64,000 nucleotides of DNA, taken from an uncultured Bacillota bacterium (GTDB lineage Bacteria > Bacillota_I > Bacilli_A > RF39 > UBA660). A program made the translations under genes and the position numbers. The notes under the pieces were generated by a model. The model was given only the letters and a program-made list of their open reading frames with translations, was not told where the DNA came from and ran no database searches. Where the stretch lies: contig OW818670.1 in assembly GCA_942493215.1 (NCBI GenBank), forward strand, positions 1,350,077-1,414,076, given 5' to 3'. This document shows positions 55,788-64,000 of this stretch, piece after piece. Each line of letters begins with the position of its first letter. Within the stretch, counting starts at the first letter, position 1.

Positions 55788-56735
55788 ATGTCTAATTTTT
55801 TATATTCATATAATAATAAAAGATATCATACTTTAGATTATTTTTATCATCAGAAATTTAATTGTAAAATTTCTAAAATAAGTTTAAATGCAGGTTTTAC
55901 TTGTCCTAACATAGATGGTACGGTGGGAACTGGTGGCTGTATATATTGTTCAAAAATGGGCAGTGGTGAATATGCTGGTGATAAAAATGATGATTTAATT
56001 ACCCAATTTAATAATGTTAAAAAGATTATTAGTAAAAAATGGCCACAAGTAAAATATATTGGATATTTTCAAGCTAATACTAATACTTATGCACCATTAG
56101 AAATATTAAAAGGAAAATATGAAACAATATTAAAACTTGATAATGTTGTTGGACTAGCTATTGCTACTAGAAGTGATGCTATAAGTGATGAATGTTTAGA
56201 TTATTTAGAAAAATTATCGAAACAAACCTTTTTAACTATTGAACTTGGTTTACAAACTGTTCATGAGAGTACTTCTATTCTAATAAATAGATGTCATACT
56301 TTAGATAATTTTACTAATATGGTTAAGAAGTTAAGAACCCGAAATATAAATGTTATTGTCCATATAATTAATGGTTTACCGTATGAAACTAAAGAAATGA
56401 TGATTGAAACAGTAAAATACTTAAATGATTTAGATATTCAAGGAATTAAAATTCATATGCTTCAAATCTTAAAAAATACACCTTTAGCTTATCGATATGA
56501 AACTAATCCCTTCCCTGTTTTAGATCTTAATGAATACGTTGATATTGTCTGTGATCAATTAGAATATTTACGACCAGAAATCGTTATTAATAGGGTCACG
56601 GGTGATCCCAAAGTTGAAGATTTAGTTGTGCCATTATGGACAACTAAAAAATTTGTTGTAATGAATAATATTGATAAAGAATTACAAAGACGTAATACTT
56701 ATCAAGGATATAAACTAGAAAAAAAAGAAATCTAA
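55788..56735 (+). CDS. TIGR01212 (YhcC/YtqA)-family radical SAM protein
   Basis: GFTCPNIDG...GCIYC, YFQANTNTY, IELGLQT, HIINGLP, GIKIHML. Confidence 0.92.
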   Translation: MSNFLYSYNNKRYHTLDYFYHQKFNCKISKISLNAGFTCPNIDGTVGTGGCIYCSKMGSGEYAGDKNDDLITQFNNVKKIISKKWPQVKYIGYFQANTNTYAPLEILKGKYETILKLDNVVGLAIATRSDAISDECLDYLEKLSKQTFLTIELGLQTVHESTSILINRCHTLDNFTNMVKKLRTRNINVIVHIINGLPYETKEMMIETVKYLNDLDIQGIKIHMLQILKNTPLAYRYETNPFPVLDLNEYVDIVCDQLEYLRPEIVINRVTGDPKVEDLVVPLWTTKKFVVMNNIDKELQRRNTYQGYKLEKKEI

Positions 56736-56750
56736 CATTGATTTCTTTTT
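56722..56750. terminator. Bidirectional terminator between convergent genes
   Basis: AAAAAGAAATC-TAACATT-GATTTCTTTTT. Confidence 0.8.
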
Positions 56751-57810
56751 ATGATTCAACTTTTTCTTTAACATAAGTATCATACATTAAATTGAATAAT
56801 TCTTTTGTAAATTCAACTACTTTAGTATTCTCACGGGTTGGATGAACCCGATTAGAAAGAAACACAATCGCTAACCTATTTTGTCTATCTATCAATATTC
56901 TTCCACCAGTATAACCACCATGGAAAACAGAATCATCACTGATATGCTTGCCAAAAGCTTCATGAGGCCCACAAATCCAACCTATAGATCGCCAAGAATT
57001 GACTTCTGTTTGTTTTTCTTTTTTAAACCATAAATCAATTGTTTCTTTTTTTAGATAACGATGATTATTATAAATACCATTATTTAAAACCATCGTAATA
57101 AACTTTGTCATATCACCAATTGTACTAAAAACACCAGCTAAACCGGCAACCCCACCTAATAGTTTTGTTTTCTCATCATGAACAACTCCCTTAGTATAAA
57201 CATTATCTTGTAATTCAGTCGGAGCACATCTTTCAATATCCGTTGGCAAATAACCGGTATCGGTCAGTGAAAGTGGTTCAAAAACCATTTCTTTAGCACA
57301 TATATCTAACGATTTACCTAAAATAGTTTCAATAATAAAACCAAGGAGCATAAAACTAGTATCAGAATATACTGCTTTAGTACCTGTTTCATATACTTTA
57401 TTTAGAGAGAAGACCCTATCAATAATTTCGTCTCTATTTTTTAGTGAATGCCAATCCATATCTTTAGGTAAACCCGAAGAATGTGTTAATAAATGATAGA
57501 TGGTTACATCATCATATTTAAACTGAGGTAAATATTTATTCACTTTATCATCTAAAGAAACTTTACCATCCTCTAATAATTTAGCAATAATTGTATTAGT
57601 TGAAATAACTTTTGTTAAAGACGCTAAATCATATATTGTATCAATTGTATTTACTTCAGCATTAGGGAGAATTGCTCGATTACCAACTACACCCATATGA
57701 ACTTGATTTTTATAAATGATCGTATATGTTGCGCCCGGAAAAACTTGATTTTTAACTGCTTCCATCATTTTTTTATCAATTACTTCAAAATTTTCCATTT
57801 TTATTACCAC
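56749..57810 (-). CDS. Serine hydrolase, beta-lactamase/penicillin-binding family (no signal peptide)
   Basis: YDLASLTK (SxxK), LLTHSSGL, YSDTSF, GVVHDE, FHGGYTG, LSNRVHP. Confidence 0.85.
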   Translation of the reverse strand: MVIKMENFEVIDKKMMEAVKNQVFPGATYTIIYKNQVHMGVVGNRAILPNAEVNTIDTIYDLASLTKVISTNTIIAKLLEDGKVSLDDKVNKYLPQFKYDDVTIYHLLTHSSGLPKDMDWHSLKNRDEIIDRVFSLNKVYETGTKAVYSDTSFMLLGFIIETILGKSLDICAKEMVFEPLSLTDTGYLPTDIERCAPTELQDNVYTKGVVHDEKTKLLGGVAGLAGVFSTIGDMTKFITMVLNNGIYNNHRYLKKETIDLWFKKEKQTEVNSWRSIGWICGPHEAFGKHISDDSVFHGGYTGGRILIDRQNRLAIVFLSNRVHPTRENTKVVEFTKELFNLMYDTYVKEKVES

Positions 57811-57821
57811 TTTCTAATATT

Positions 57822-57847
57822 AAAAAAGAAGACTATTATCTTCTTTT
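57822..57847 (-). terminator. Terminator after the FMN-binding lipoprotein gene
   Basis: AAAAGAAGA-loop-TCTTCTTTT. Confidence 0.65.
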
Positions 57848-58331
57848 ACTTTGCTTGATCTAATGCTTTACTAACAGCTTCAACATAGTCATTAGCTGAA
57901 ATTGTAACCCCTGATACAGAATCTAATTTTGTTTTAGCTTCATCTGACCAAGTAACCCAAGCAATACCTTGTTCTCTAACTACTTTATCTTCAATAACGG
58001 CTGCTTGTTGATACCATTCAGCTCCGCCTTCAATTTTTCCTTGAGACGCTGATGCTGATTTCATACCATAAGCATCACCTAAAACTTTTTTAGTAGTATT
58101 AACTCCATCCTTATTATACGTAGAATCAATATAACAAGATTTAATAAAACCATTATCATTAACATATATAACGGCTGTAACAACATATTTAGCACCATAT
58201 GATTCATATTGAACAGATCCAAAATATGTTCCTTCTTTATAATTACCTTTAGCAGGGGCAAAAACATTATCACAACCGGTAATTAAAAATATTCCTAATA
58301 AAACGACTAATGACAATAATACTTTCTTCAT
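57846..58331 (-). CDS. FMN-binding-domain lipoprotein
   Basis: LITGC lipobox; YKEGTYFG, KKVLGDAYGM...EWYQQA and DSVSGVTIS flavinylation-like motif. Confidence 0.78.
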   Translation of the reverse strand: MKKVLLSLVVLLGIFLITGCDNVFAPAKGNYKEGTYFGSVQYESYGAKYVVTAVIYVNDNGFIKSCYIDSTYNKDGVNTTKKVLGDAYGMKSASASQGKIEGGAEWYQQAAVIEDKVVREQGIAWVTWSDEAKTKLDSVSGVTISANDYVEAVSKALDQAK

Positions 58332-58387
58332 TTAACCTTCTCCTTATCTTAATTCGATTATAGCATACCCTTTTTTACATTTCAATA

Positions 58388-59032
58388 TTAATTTAGAAAC
58401 ATATATTTAATATTGTTAACTTTTTTTTCAAAATCATCACTACTAGTAACATACTTACCCAATACTAATATATCAGCATCTTTGCATTTTGAAGCTGTAA
58501 TATTATTAACTCCACCATCAACTTCAATAACATAATTATATTGATATTGTTCCCTTAATTGCTTTAACATCGCAATCTTTTTAGTCACATCTTCAATGAA
58601 TTCTTGTCCACCATAACCAGGTTCTACTGTCATAACTAAAACTAAATCAACAAGACTTAAATAATCCGCAATTTTATCAATTGGTGTATCAGGACTAATG
58701 GCAATACCAACCTTTACATTATTGTTTTTTATATAATCAATCATTGTTAAAGGATTATCAGTTGCTTCCACATGAAAAGTTAAATATGTTGGTTGTAATT
58801 GCTTATACATATCAACATATTCAATAATGTTTTTAACCATAAGATGAATATCTAATGAACGATTATTATAAGACATTAAATGTTTTATATGATTAAATCT
58901 TTCTGTCTTATTAGTAACAAAAACACCATCCATAATATCTAAATGTAAATAATCAGCATTAGATTTGTTTAAATCACGAATTTTTCTTTTTCTATTTTGT
59001 TCAATTCCTAAAATAGATACTGAAATTAGCAT
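58388..59032 (-). CDS. rpe: Ribulose-phosphate 3-epimerase
   Basis: LHLDIMDGVFV, DIHLMV, VLVMTVEPGYGGQ, EVDGG; follows rsgA. Confidence 0.93.
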   Translation of the reverse strand: MLISVSILGIEQNRKRKIRDLNKSNADYLHLDIMDGVFVTNKTERFNHIKHLMSYNNRSLDIHLMVKNIIEYVDMYKQLQPTYLTFHVEATDNPLTMIDYIKNNNVKVGIAISPDTPIDKIADYLSLVDLVLVMTVEPGYGGQEFIEDVTKKIAMLKQLREQYQYNYVIEVDGGVNNITASKCKDADILVLGKYVTSSDDFEKKVNNIKYMFLN

Positions 59033-59037
59033 TATAA

Positions 59038-59871
59038 TCACCTTTCATTTATAAAATTTAAATAATTTTCATAACGGCTGGATATAATATCACCATTACT
59101 TACAGCTTTTTTAATTGCACACTTTTCTTCTTTAGTATGCATACAATCACGATATTCACAATTTTCACGATAAGAATTAAATTCTGTAAAGTTATCTCGT
59201 ATATCTGATGGTTTCATATCTGTAAAAGATATAGCCGAAAATCCTGGCGTATCAGCTACCCAACCATTACTAAATCTAATTAATTCTGTATGTCTAGTTG
59301 TATGTTTTCCACGTCCTAAAGCTATAGATATAGGACCAACTTTTAATTGTAATGTTGAGTCTAAATTATTTAGTAAGGTTGATTTACCAGCTCCACTTTG
59401 ACCTGTTAAAACCGTTATCTTATTTTCTAATTGTTTTTTAATAGCTACAATATCAGAATTATAATATACCTTGTAACCAATATGTTCATAATACTTCTTA
59501 TAATCCATTATTATCTTGAGTTCATCTTTAGATAATAAATCTATTTTCGTAATACAAATAATAGGTTCAATATTATTAAACTCAATTATTACTAACAATT
59601 TATCTAATAGGTTGGTTGAAAAATCTGGTTCTTTAGCGCTTATAACTATAAATACCTGATCTATATTACAAATAGTTGGTCGCTCAAGAACATTCTTACG
59701 ATTATGAATAGTGGTAATAATTCTTTTATCAAGATCAAATTCAACATTATCACCTACTAGAGGTGAAACATTCAAATTACGGAATTTACCTCTAGCTTTA
59801 CAGTCATATGCCTTATTATCATAATAAACGGTATATGTATCACTTATTTGTTTAATAATTAACCCTGTCAT
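59038..59871 (-). CDS. rsgA: Small-subunit-dependent ribosome GTPase RsgA/CpgA
   Basis: CKARGKFR, TKIDL, GQSGAGKSTL, GKHTTR, DTPGF, C-terminal Cys/His zinc site. Confidence 0.95.
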   Translation of the reverse strand: MTGLIIKQISDTYTVYYDNKAYDCKARGKFRNLNVSPLVGDNVEFDLDKRIITTIHNRKNVLERPTICNIDQVFIVISAKEPDFSTNLLDKLLVIIEFNNIEPIICITKIDLLSKDELKIIMDYKKYYEHIGYKVYYNSDIVAIKKQLENKITVLTGQSGAGKSTLLNNLDSTLQLKVGPISIALGRGKHTTRHTELIRFSNGWVADTPGFSAISFTDMKPSDIRDNFTEFNSYRENCEYRDCMHTKEEKCAIKKAVSNGDIISSRYENYLNFINER

Positions 59872-59872
59872 A

Positions 59873-61594
59873 TTATTCAGCAACATCTTCCGATGGATCA
59901 GGAATAGTTGGAGTTTGCGCAATACTAATCTTTAAAGTTGTATTAGCCATTACTTTCGTACCAGCAGCTCGACTTTGACTAAAAACGGTACCATTAGGAT
60001 ATTTATCCGTTGTTACTATTGTTTTACTTAAAGTAACATTATGTTCACTGCAAAACTCCTCTACTTCCGTAACACTCCATTTTTCAGCTACAAAATCTGG
60101 ATAATTAATAACAATATCAGGAACATATAAAGTTACATTATCCCCTTCTTTTACTTTTTCTCCAGCTTTTGGACTTTGACCAATAATGGTGCTTTCATTA
60201 GTAATACTAGTATCTGTTGTCTCTTTCTTTTCCGTAAATACTACTAAGCCTTTAGCTTCTAATTGACCTTTTATTTCATAATAATTTTTACCATTATAAT
60301 CTTCTAAAACAATGGTATTAGTACCAATTGATACAATTAACTCAACCATTTTACCTTTTTTCACTGTTTGACCAGCTAAAGGTTTAGTCTTAATAACTTT
60401 ATCAGCCACAATATCATTACTTGGTTGTTCCGTAACATCATCATTAACAACTAATCCTAATTTTTCAAGAATCTCCTCGGCATCCGCAATGGATTTATTA
60501 GATACATCAGGAATAGTAACCTCTGGTACTTCTGTAAATTTTGGGTATAGAATAAGTAATACCCCAACTGAAACAGCTAAAAATAAACAAACCATTCCCG
60601 TTATAACAATAGCTGTATTTAAGAACTTACCGTTTTTTTCATCTTTATTTGAAACACCAAATTCATTTTTATCAGCACTCATATCCGCTTCTCCAAGTTT
60701 TTCAATTTTCTTTGTTTCTTCCAAATCTTGTTCTGAATACGGATAAACATACATCTTATCATCTTTATGTTCTTCGCTTAAAGCTGTGGCCATATCATTA
60801 TACATTTCAGCTACACTATCATAACGATTTTTAGGATTTTTAGCACAAGCTTTAATAATAATATTTTCAATACTTTGTGGAATATTAGGATTTTCAGTTG
60901 TTACTCTTGGAATCTGATCTTTTAATTGCTTCATAGCAATCTCAACAGCTGTTTCTCCTTTAAAAGGTAACTTTCCCACCAATAATTCATACATTAAAAT
61001 ACCAAGGGAATAGATATCACTTTTCATTGTTGCCCCTTTACCATTGGCTTGTTCAGGAGGTAAATAATGAACTGATCCCATTACCGAATTAGTTTGGGTT
61101 AATTCCGTTCCATTAAGAGCCATAGCAATCCCAAAATCCGCTATTTTAACCGTTCCATCATCAAGAATCATAACGTTTTGAGGCTTAATATCACGATGAA
61201 TAATATAACTATTATGAGCACACGCAATAGCCGAAGTTAACTGTTGCATTATATCCATAACTTCTGATAAGGTCAGTGCTCCTCTTCTTTTAACTAACGT
61301 TTTAAGTGTTTTACCATTTATATATTCCATAACAATATAATAATCGCCATTTTCTTCACCAACATCATACACTTCCACAATATTAGGATGACTTAAAGAA
61401 CTTGCGGAAATCGCTTCTCTTTGGAATCTACGAACAAACTTTTCATCATCAGCTAAATCGCCACGTAATATTTTAACAGCAACATCACGATCCAAAATCA
61501 AATCATGAGCAAGGTAAACATTAGCCATACCTCCCTCACCTATCAAGCGTATAATTTGATAACGATCATTTATCTTTTGTCCTTTAACAACCAT
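59873..61594 (-). CDS. prkC: PASTA-domain Ser/Thr kinase PrkC/Stk1
   Basis: IGEGGMANVY, VAVKIL, HRDIKPQN, DFGIA, GSVHYLPPEQ, a TM segment and three PASTA-like repeats. Confidence 0.95.
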   Translation of the reverse strand: MVVKGQKINDRYQIIRLIGEGGMANVYLAHDLILDRDVAVKILRGDLADDEKFVRRFQREAISASSLSHPNIVEVYDVGEENGDYYIVMEYINGKTLKTLVKRRGALTLSEVMDIMQQLTSAIACAHNSYIIHRDIKPQNVMILDDGTVKIADFGIAMALNGTELTQTNSVMGSVHYLPPEQANGKGATMKSDIYSLGILMYELLVGKLPFKGETAVEIAMKQLKDQIPRVTTENPNIPQSIENIIIKACAKNPKNRYDSVAEMYNDMATALSEEHKDDKMYVYPYSEQDLEETKKIEKLGEADMSADKNEFGVSNKDEKNGKFLNTAIVITGMVCLFLAVSVGVLLILYPKFTEVPEVTIPDVSNKSIADAEEILEKLGLVVNDDVTEQPSNDIVADKVIKTKPLAGQTVKKGKMVELIVSIGTNTIVLEDYNGKNYYEIKGQLEAKGLVVFTEKKETTDTSITNESTIIGQSPKAGEKVKEGDNVTLYVPDIVINYPDFVAEKWSVTEVEEFCSEHNVTLSKTIVTTDKYPNGTVFSQSRAAGTKVMANTTLKISIAQTPTIPDPSEDVAE

Positions 61595-61596
61595 TA

Positions 61597-62328
61597 TTAT
61601 GCACCTACCTTTAAATACGCTATAGAGATGTTATCGGTACCACCACGATTATTACTCTTTAGAATAAGTTTTTCAACTTTCTCTTCAGCTGTTAAATCAC
61701 TATTTAAAACACGATTAATCTGCTCATTATCTAACATATTAGTTAGACCATCACTACATAATAGAACTGCTTCAACATCTATTTCAACATCAAAAATATC
61801 CATTTCAACGGTAACGGTTGCTCCTAATGCTTTCATTAGAACATTCTTTCTAGGATGTGATGCTGCTTCAGCTTCTGATAACTCGCCTGATTTTACTAGC
61901 AAATTAACTAAAGTATGATCATTAGTTATTTTGTGAAGTTTCTGATCTTTAATTACAAAACCTGATGAATCACCAATATTACCAAATAATAAATAGTCTT
62001 TTGTGTATATTGCTGTAACGATTGTTGTACCCATACCAACACTTTCAGCATTTTCCGCCGTATATTTATTAATTAGAATATTAGCTTCACTTACTGTATC
62101 TTTAAGCCAATTTATGGCATCTTCTTTTGTCCCTAAACTGCCTATTTCCACAAATCTTTTACCTAAATGGGAAATAACAATACTAGAAGCAACTTCACCA
62201 GCACAATGTCCTCCCATACCATCAGCTACCGCTAATAAAAACTCATTTTGAGCATTCTTAACAATAATAACACTATCTTCATTATGTTCGCGAACTTTAC
62301 CTGAATCTGTTAAATAATAATATTCCAT
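61597..62328 (-). CDS. prpC: PP2C-type Ser/Thr phosphatase PrpC/Stp1
   Basis: GKVREHNED, VADGMGGH, GDS, LLCSDGLT, GGTDNIS. Confidence 0.94.
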   Translation of the reverse strand: MEYYYLTDSGKVREHNEDSVIIVKNAQNEFLLAVADGMGGHCAGEVASSIVISHLGKRFVEIGSLGTKEDAINWLKDTVSEANILINKYTAENAESVGMGTTIVTAIYTKDYLLFGNIGDSSGFVIKDQKLHKITNDHTLVNLLVKSGELSEAEAASHPRKNVLMKALGATVTVEMDIFDVEIDVEAVLLCSDGLTNMLDNEQINRVLNSDLTAEEKVEKLILKSNNRGGTDNISIAYLKVGA

Positions 62329-63353
62329 TATTTTTCCTCCTTATAATTAGCTCGCAGTTGACCGCAGGCAGCCATGACTTTAGAACCAAATTCTCTTCTA
62401 ATTGTTACATTAATATCATTCTTTTTTAATACATCATAAAAGAGCAATATTTGTTCTTTTGAACTCTTATTATAATCAATGTGACTATTCTCATTATAAG
62501 GAATTAAATTAACATAACAATTCATCCCTTTTAGTAAAATGCTTAATTCTTCAGCATATTTAAGACTATCATTAACATCCTTTAACATAATATATTCAAA
62601 AGTTACTCTTCTATTAGTTTTAGCAATATATTTTTTTATAACCTCAATTAATTCTTTTAATGGATAAGCTTTATTAATAGGCATTAATTTAGAACGTAAT
62701 TCATCATTTGAGGCATGCAGACTAATCGCTAAATTAATCTGTTTATCATAATTCATAAACTCTTCAATTTTAGGAATAATCCCGCATGTTGAAATAGTTA
62801 TATGACGAGCTCCCAAATCAATTCCTTTAGGGGTATTAATAATATCAATAAACGCCATAACATTATCATAATTATCAAATGGTTCTCCTATTCCCATAAT
62901 TACAACGTGGGAAATGTGAATATTAGTTAATTCTTCAATCATTAATATTTGTAAAACCATTTCATAAGTATCTAAGTTACGTTTCTTTTTTAAACGTCCA
63001 CTTTCACAGAATGTACAACCCATATTGCAGCCCACTTGACTAGATACACATAAACTATAACCATAATCATGATTCATTAATACTGCTTCGACTGTTTGAT
63101 CATCACTTAGTTTAAATAAAAACTTCGCTACATCTGTATCTTTTACTTGTTCAACAATAGCCAAGCATTCTAAAGAAAAGTCTTTCTTTAATAAATCAAC
63201 TACTTCTTTTTTGATATTACGCATTTCATCAAAATTATGAATACGCTTTTTATATAGCCACTCAAAAACCTGAATAGCTCGGTATTTCTTGTCATTATTA
63301 GCAACAAAATAGTCTTCTAACGACTTTATTGTCATTCCATAGATATTCTTCAT
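62328..63353 (-). CDS. rlmN: Dual-specificity RNA methyltransferase RlmN
   Basis: CVSSQVGCNMGCTFC, MGIGEPFDN, ISLHA, VNLIPYN, AACGQL. Confidence 0.95.
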   Translation of the reverse strand: MKNIYGMTIKSLEDYFVANNDKKYRAIQVFEWLYKKRIHNFDEMRNIKKEVVDLLKKDFSLECLAIVEQVKDTDVAKFLFKLSDDQTVEAVLMNHDYGYSLCVSSQVGCNMGCTFCESGRLKKKRNLDTYEMVLQILMIEELTNIHISHVVIMGIGEPFDNYDNVMAFIDIINTPKGIDLGARHITISTCGIIPKIEEFMNYDKQINLAISLHASNDELRSKLMPINKAYPLKELIEVIKKYIAKTNRRVTFEYIMLKDVNDSLKYAEELSILLKGMNCYVNLIPYNENSHIDYNKSSKEQILLFYDVLKKNDINVTIRREFGSKVMAACGQLRANYKEEK

Positions 63354-63382
63354 ATTAACACCTTATTATAATTATACCAAAT

Positions 63383-63418
63383 AAAAAAGAAAAATAATAG
63401 AAAATTCTATTATTTTTC
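63383..63418 (-). terminator. Terminator after mutL
   Basis: GAAAAATAATAGAA-AA-TTCTATTATTTTTC perfect 14-bp stem. Confidence 0.75.
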
Positions 63419-63436
63419 GTCAAACTAAGTCAACAA

Positions 63437-64000
63437 TTAAAATCCACTACGTTTAAATAACTTTTCTAAATCATAGTTAGAATAGAAAATAATCGTTGGT
63501 CGGCCATGCGGACAATTAAAGGGATTATCACATTTACGTAAATCATTAATTAATTGCTCTTGTTCCTCATGCGTAATATTCTCATTTGCTTTTATTGCCA
63601 ATTTACAACTTAACATCGTGGCAATATTTTCATTAAACTTTTCAATCGTAAAATCTTTTTCCCTATGAATAATTACTTCAATAATCTTACGTATTGCTTC
63701 TTCTTCATAACCTCTAGGTAACCAAGTTGGATGAGCTTTAACAATAATTGAATTAAGACCAAATTCTTGAATATCAAAATGCATATTTAATAACAAATTC
63801 ATATTTTCCTTGAATATGATAAACTCACTATTAGATAATTCGATAGTTAAAGGAAATAATAAACTTGCACTCTCTACTTTCGGACTACCCATTTGATATT
63901 TAAATGTTTCATAATTAATTCTTTCTTTAGCCGCATGTTGATCAATTAAATACATACCCTCTTCGTTTTGACAAATGATATAGGTGCCATGAACTAAACC
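63437..64000 (-). CDS. mutL: DNA mismatch repair endonuclease MutL, C-terminal part (gene starts beyond the window)
   Basis: IDQHAAKERINYE, SCKLAIK and CPHGRP motifs. Confidence 0.95.
   Translation of the reverse strand, partial: GLVHGTYIICQNEEGMYLIDQHAAKERINYETFKYQMGSPKVESASLLFPLTIELSNSEFIIFKENMNLLLNMHFDIQEFGLNSIIVKAHPTWLPRGYEEEAIRKIIEVIIHREKDFTIEKFNENIATMLSCKLAIKANENITHEEQEQLINDLRKCDNPFNCPHGRPTIIFYSNYDLEKLFKRSGF

Noticed and set aside
56749-57810. Serine hydrolase as a beta-lactam resistance gene
   Set aside because: It has no signal peptide, and the motifs fit the broad esterase/amidase branch; resistance cannot be inferred from sequence.
55487-62251. Track ORFs 55487-55672, 58079-58273, 60489-60834, 61505-61918 and 62003-62251
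   Set aside because: Shadow ORFs over yfcC-like, FMN-lipoprotein, prkC and prpC genes.
1-64000. rRNA, tRNA, CRISPR arrays, IS elements, integrases and prophage genes
   Set aside because: None recognised; intergenic gaps are short and mostly explained by promoters and terminators.

Overview
AT-rich bacterial chromosome segment. All but six genes lie on the minus strand. The gene set and protein styles point to a spore-forming member of the Bacilli, possibly an uncultured RF39-like lineage; that taxonomy is inference. The backbone is Bacillus-type housekeeping and sporulation genes: ylbL/ylbJ, yqfQ, trmK-sigA-dnaG, comEA-comEC, ftsW-family, def, uppP, sigG-ylmC, murE, ttcA, dxs, ftsA-ftsZ-spoIIGA-sigE, murC, parE, cse60, rlmN-prpC-prkC-rsgA-rpe and a partial mutL. 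The most unusual content is a type IV pilus system. It has a short PilB, a PilD, a PilC with a ~420-aa N-terminal extension, and four large class III (prepilin) proteins of roughly 570-1530 aa. Each pilin carries different C-terminal modules: an FGE/C-type-lectin fold resembling DGR targets; glycine-rich plus discoidin; glycine-rich alone; or eight Cys-containing 74-75 aa repeats plus a Cys-rich tip. Other points of note: sigG is separated from spoIIGA-sigE by about 8 kb and sits behind a terminator-like hairpin covering its own RBS; MurE has an atypical specificity motif; there is a CotH-VTC-DUF4956 operon; and parE has no adjacent parC. Two small ORFs missing from the ORF track were found (YjcZ family, Cse60). 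No rRNA, tRNA, CRISPR array, transposase or reverse transcriptase was recognised. Domain calls are from motif recognition by eye, not database searches.
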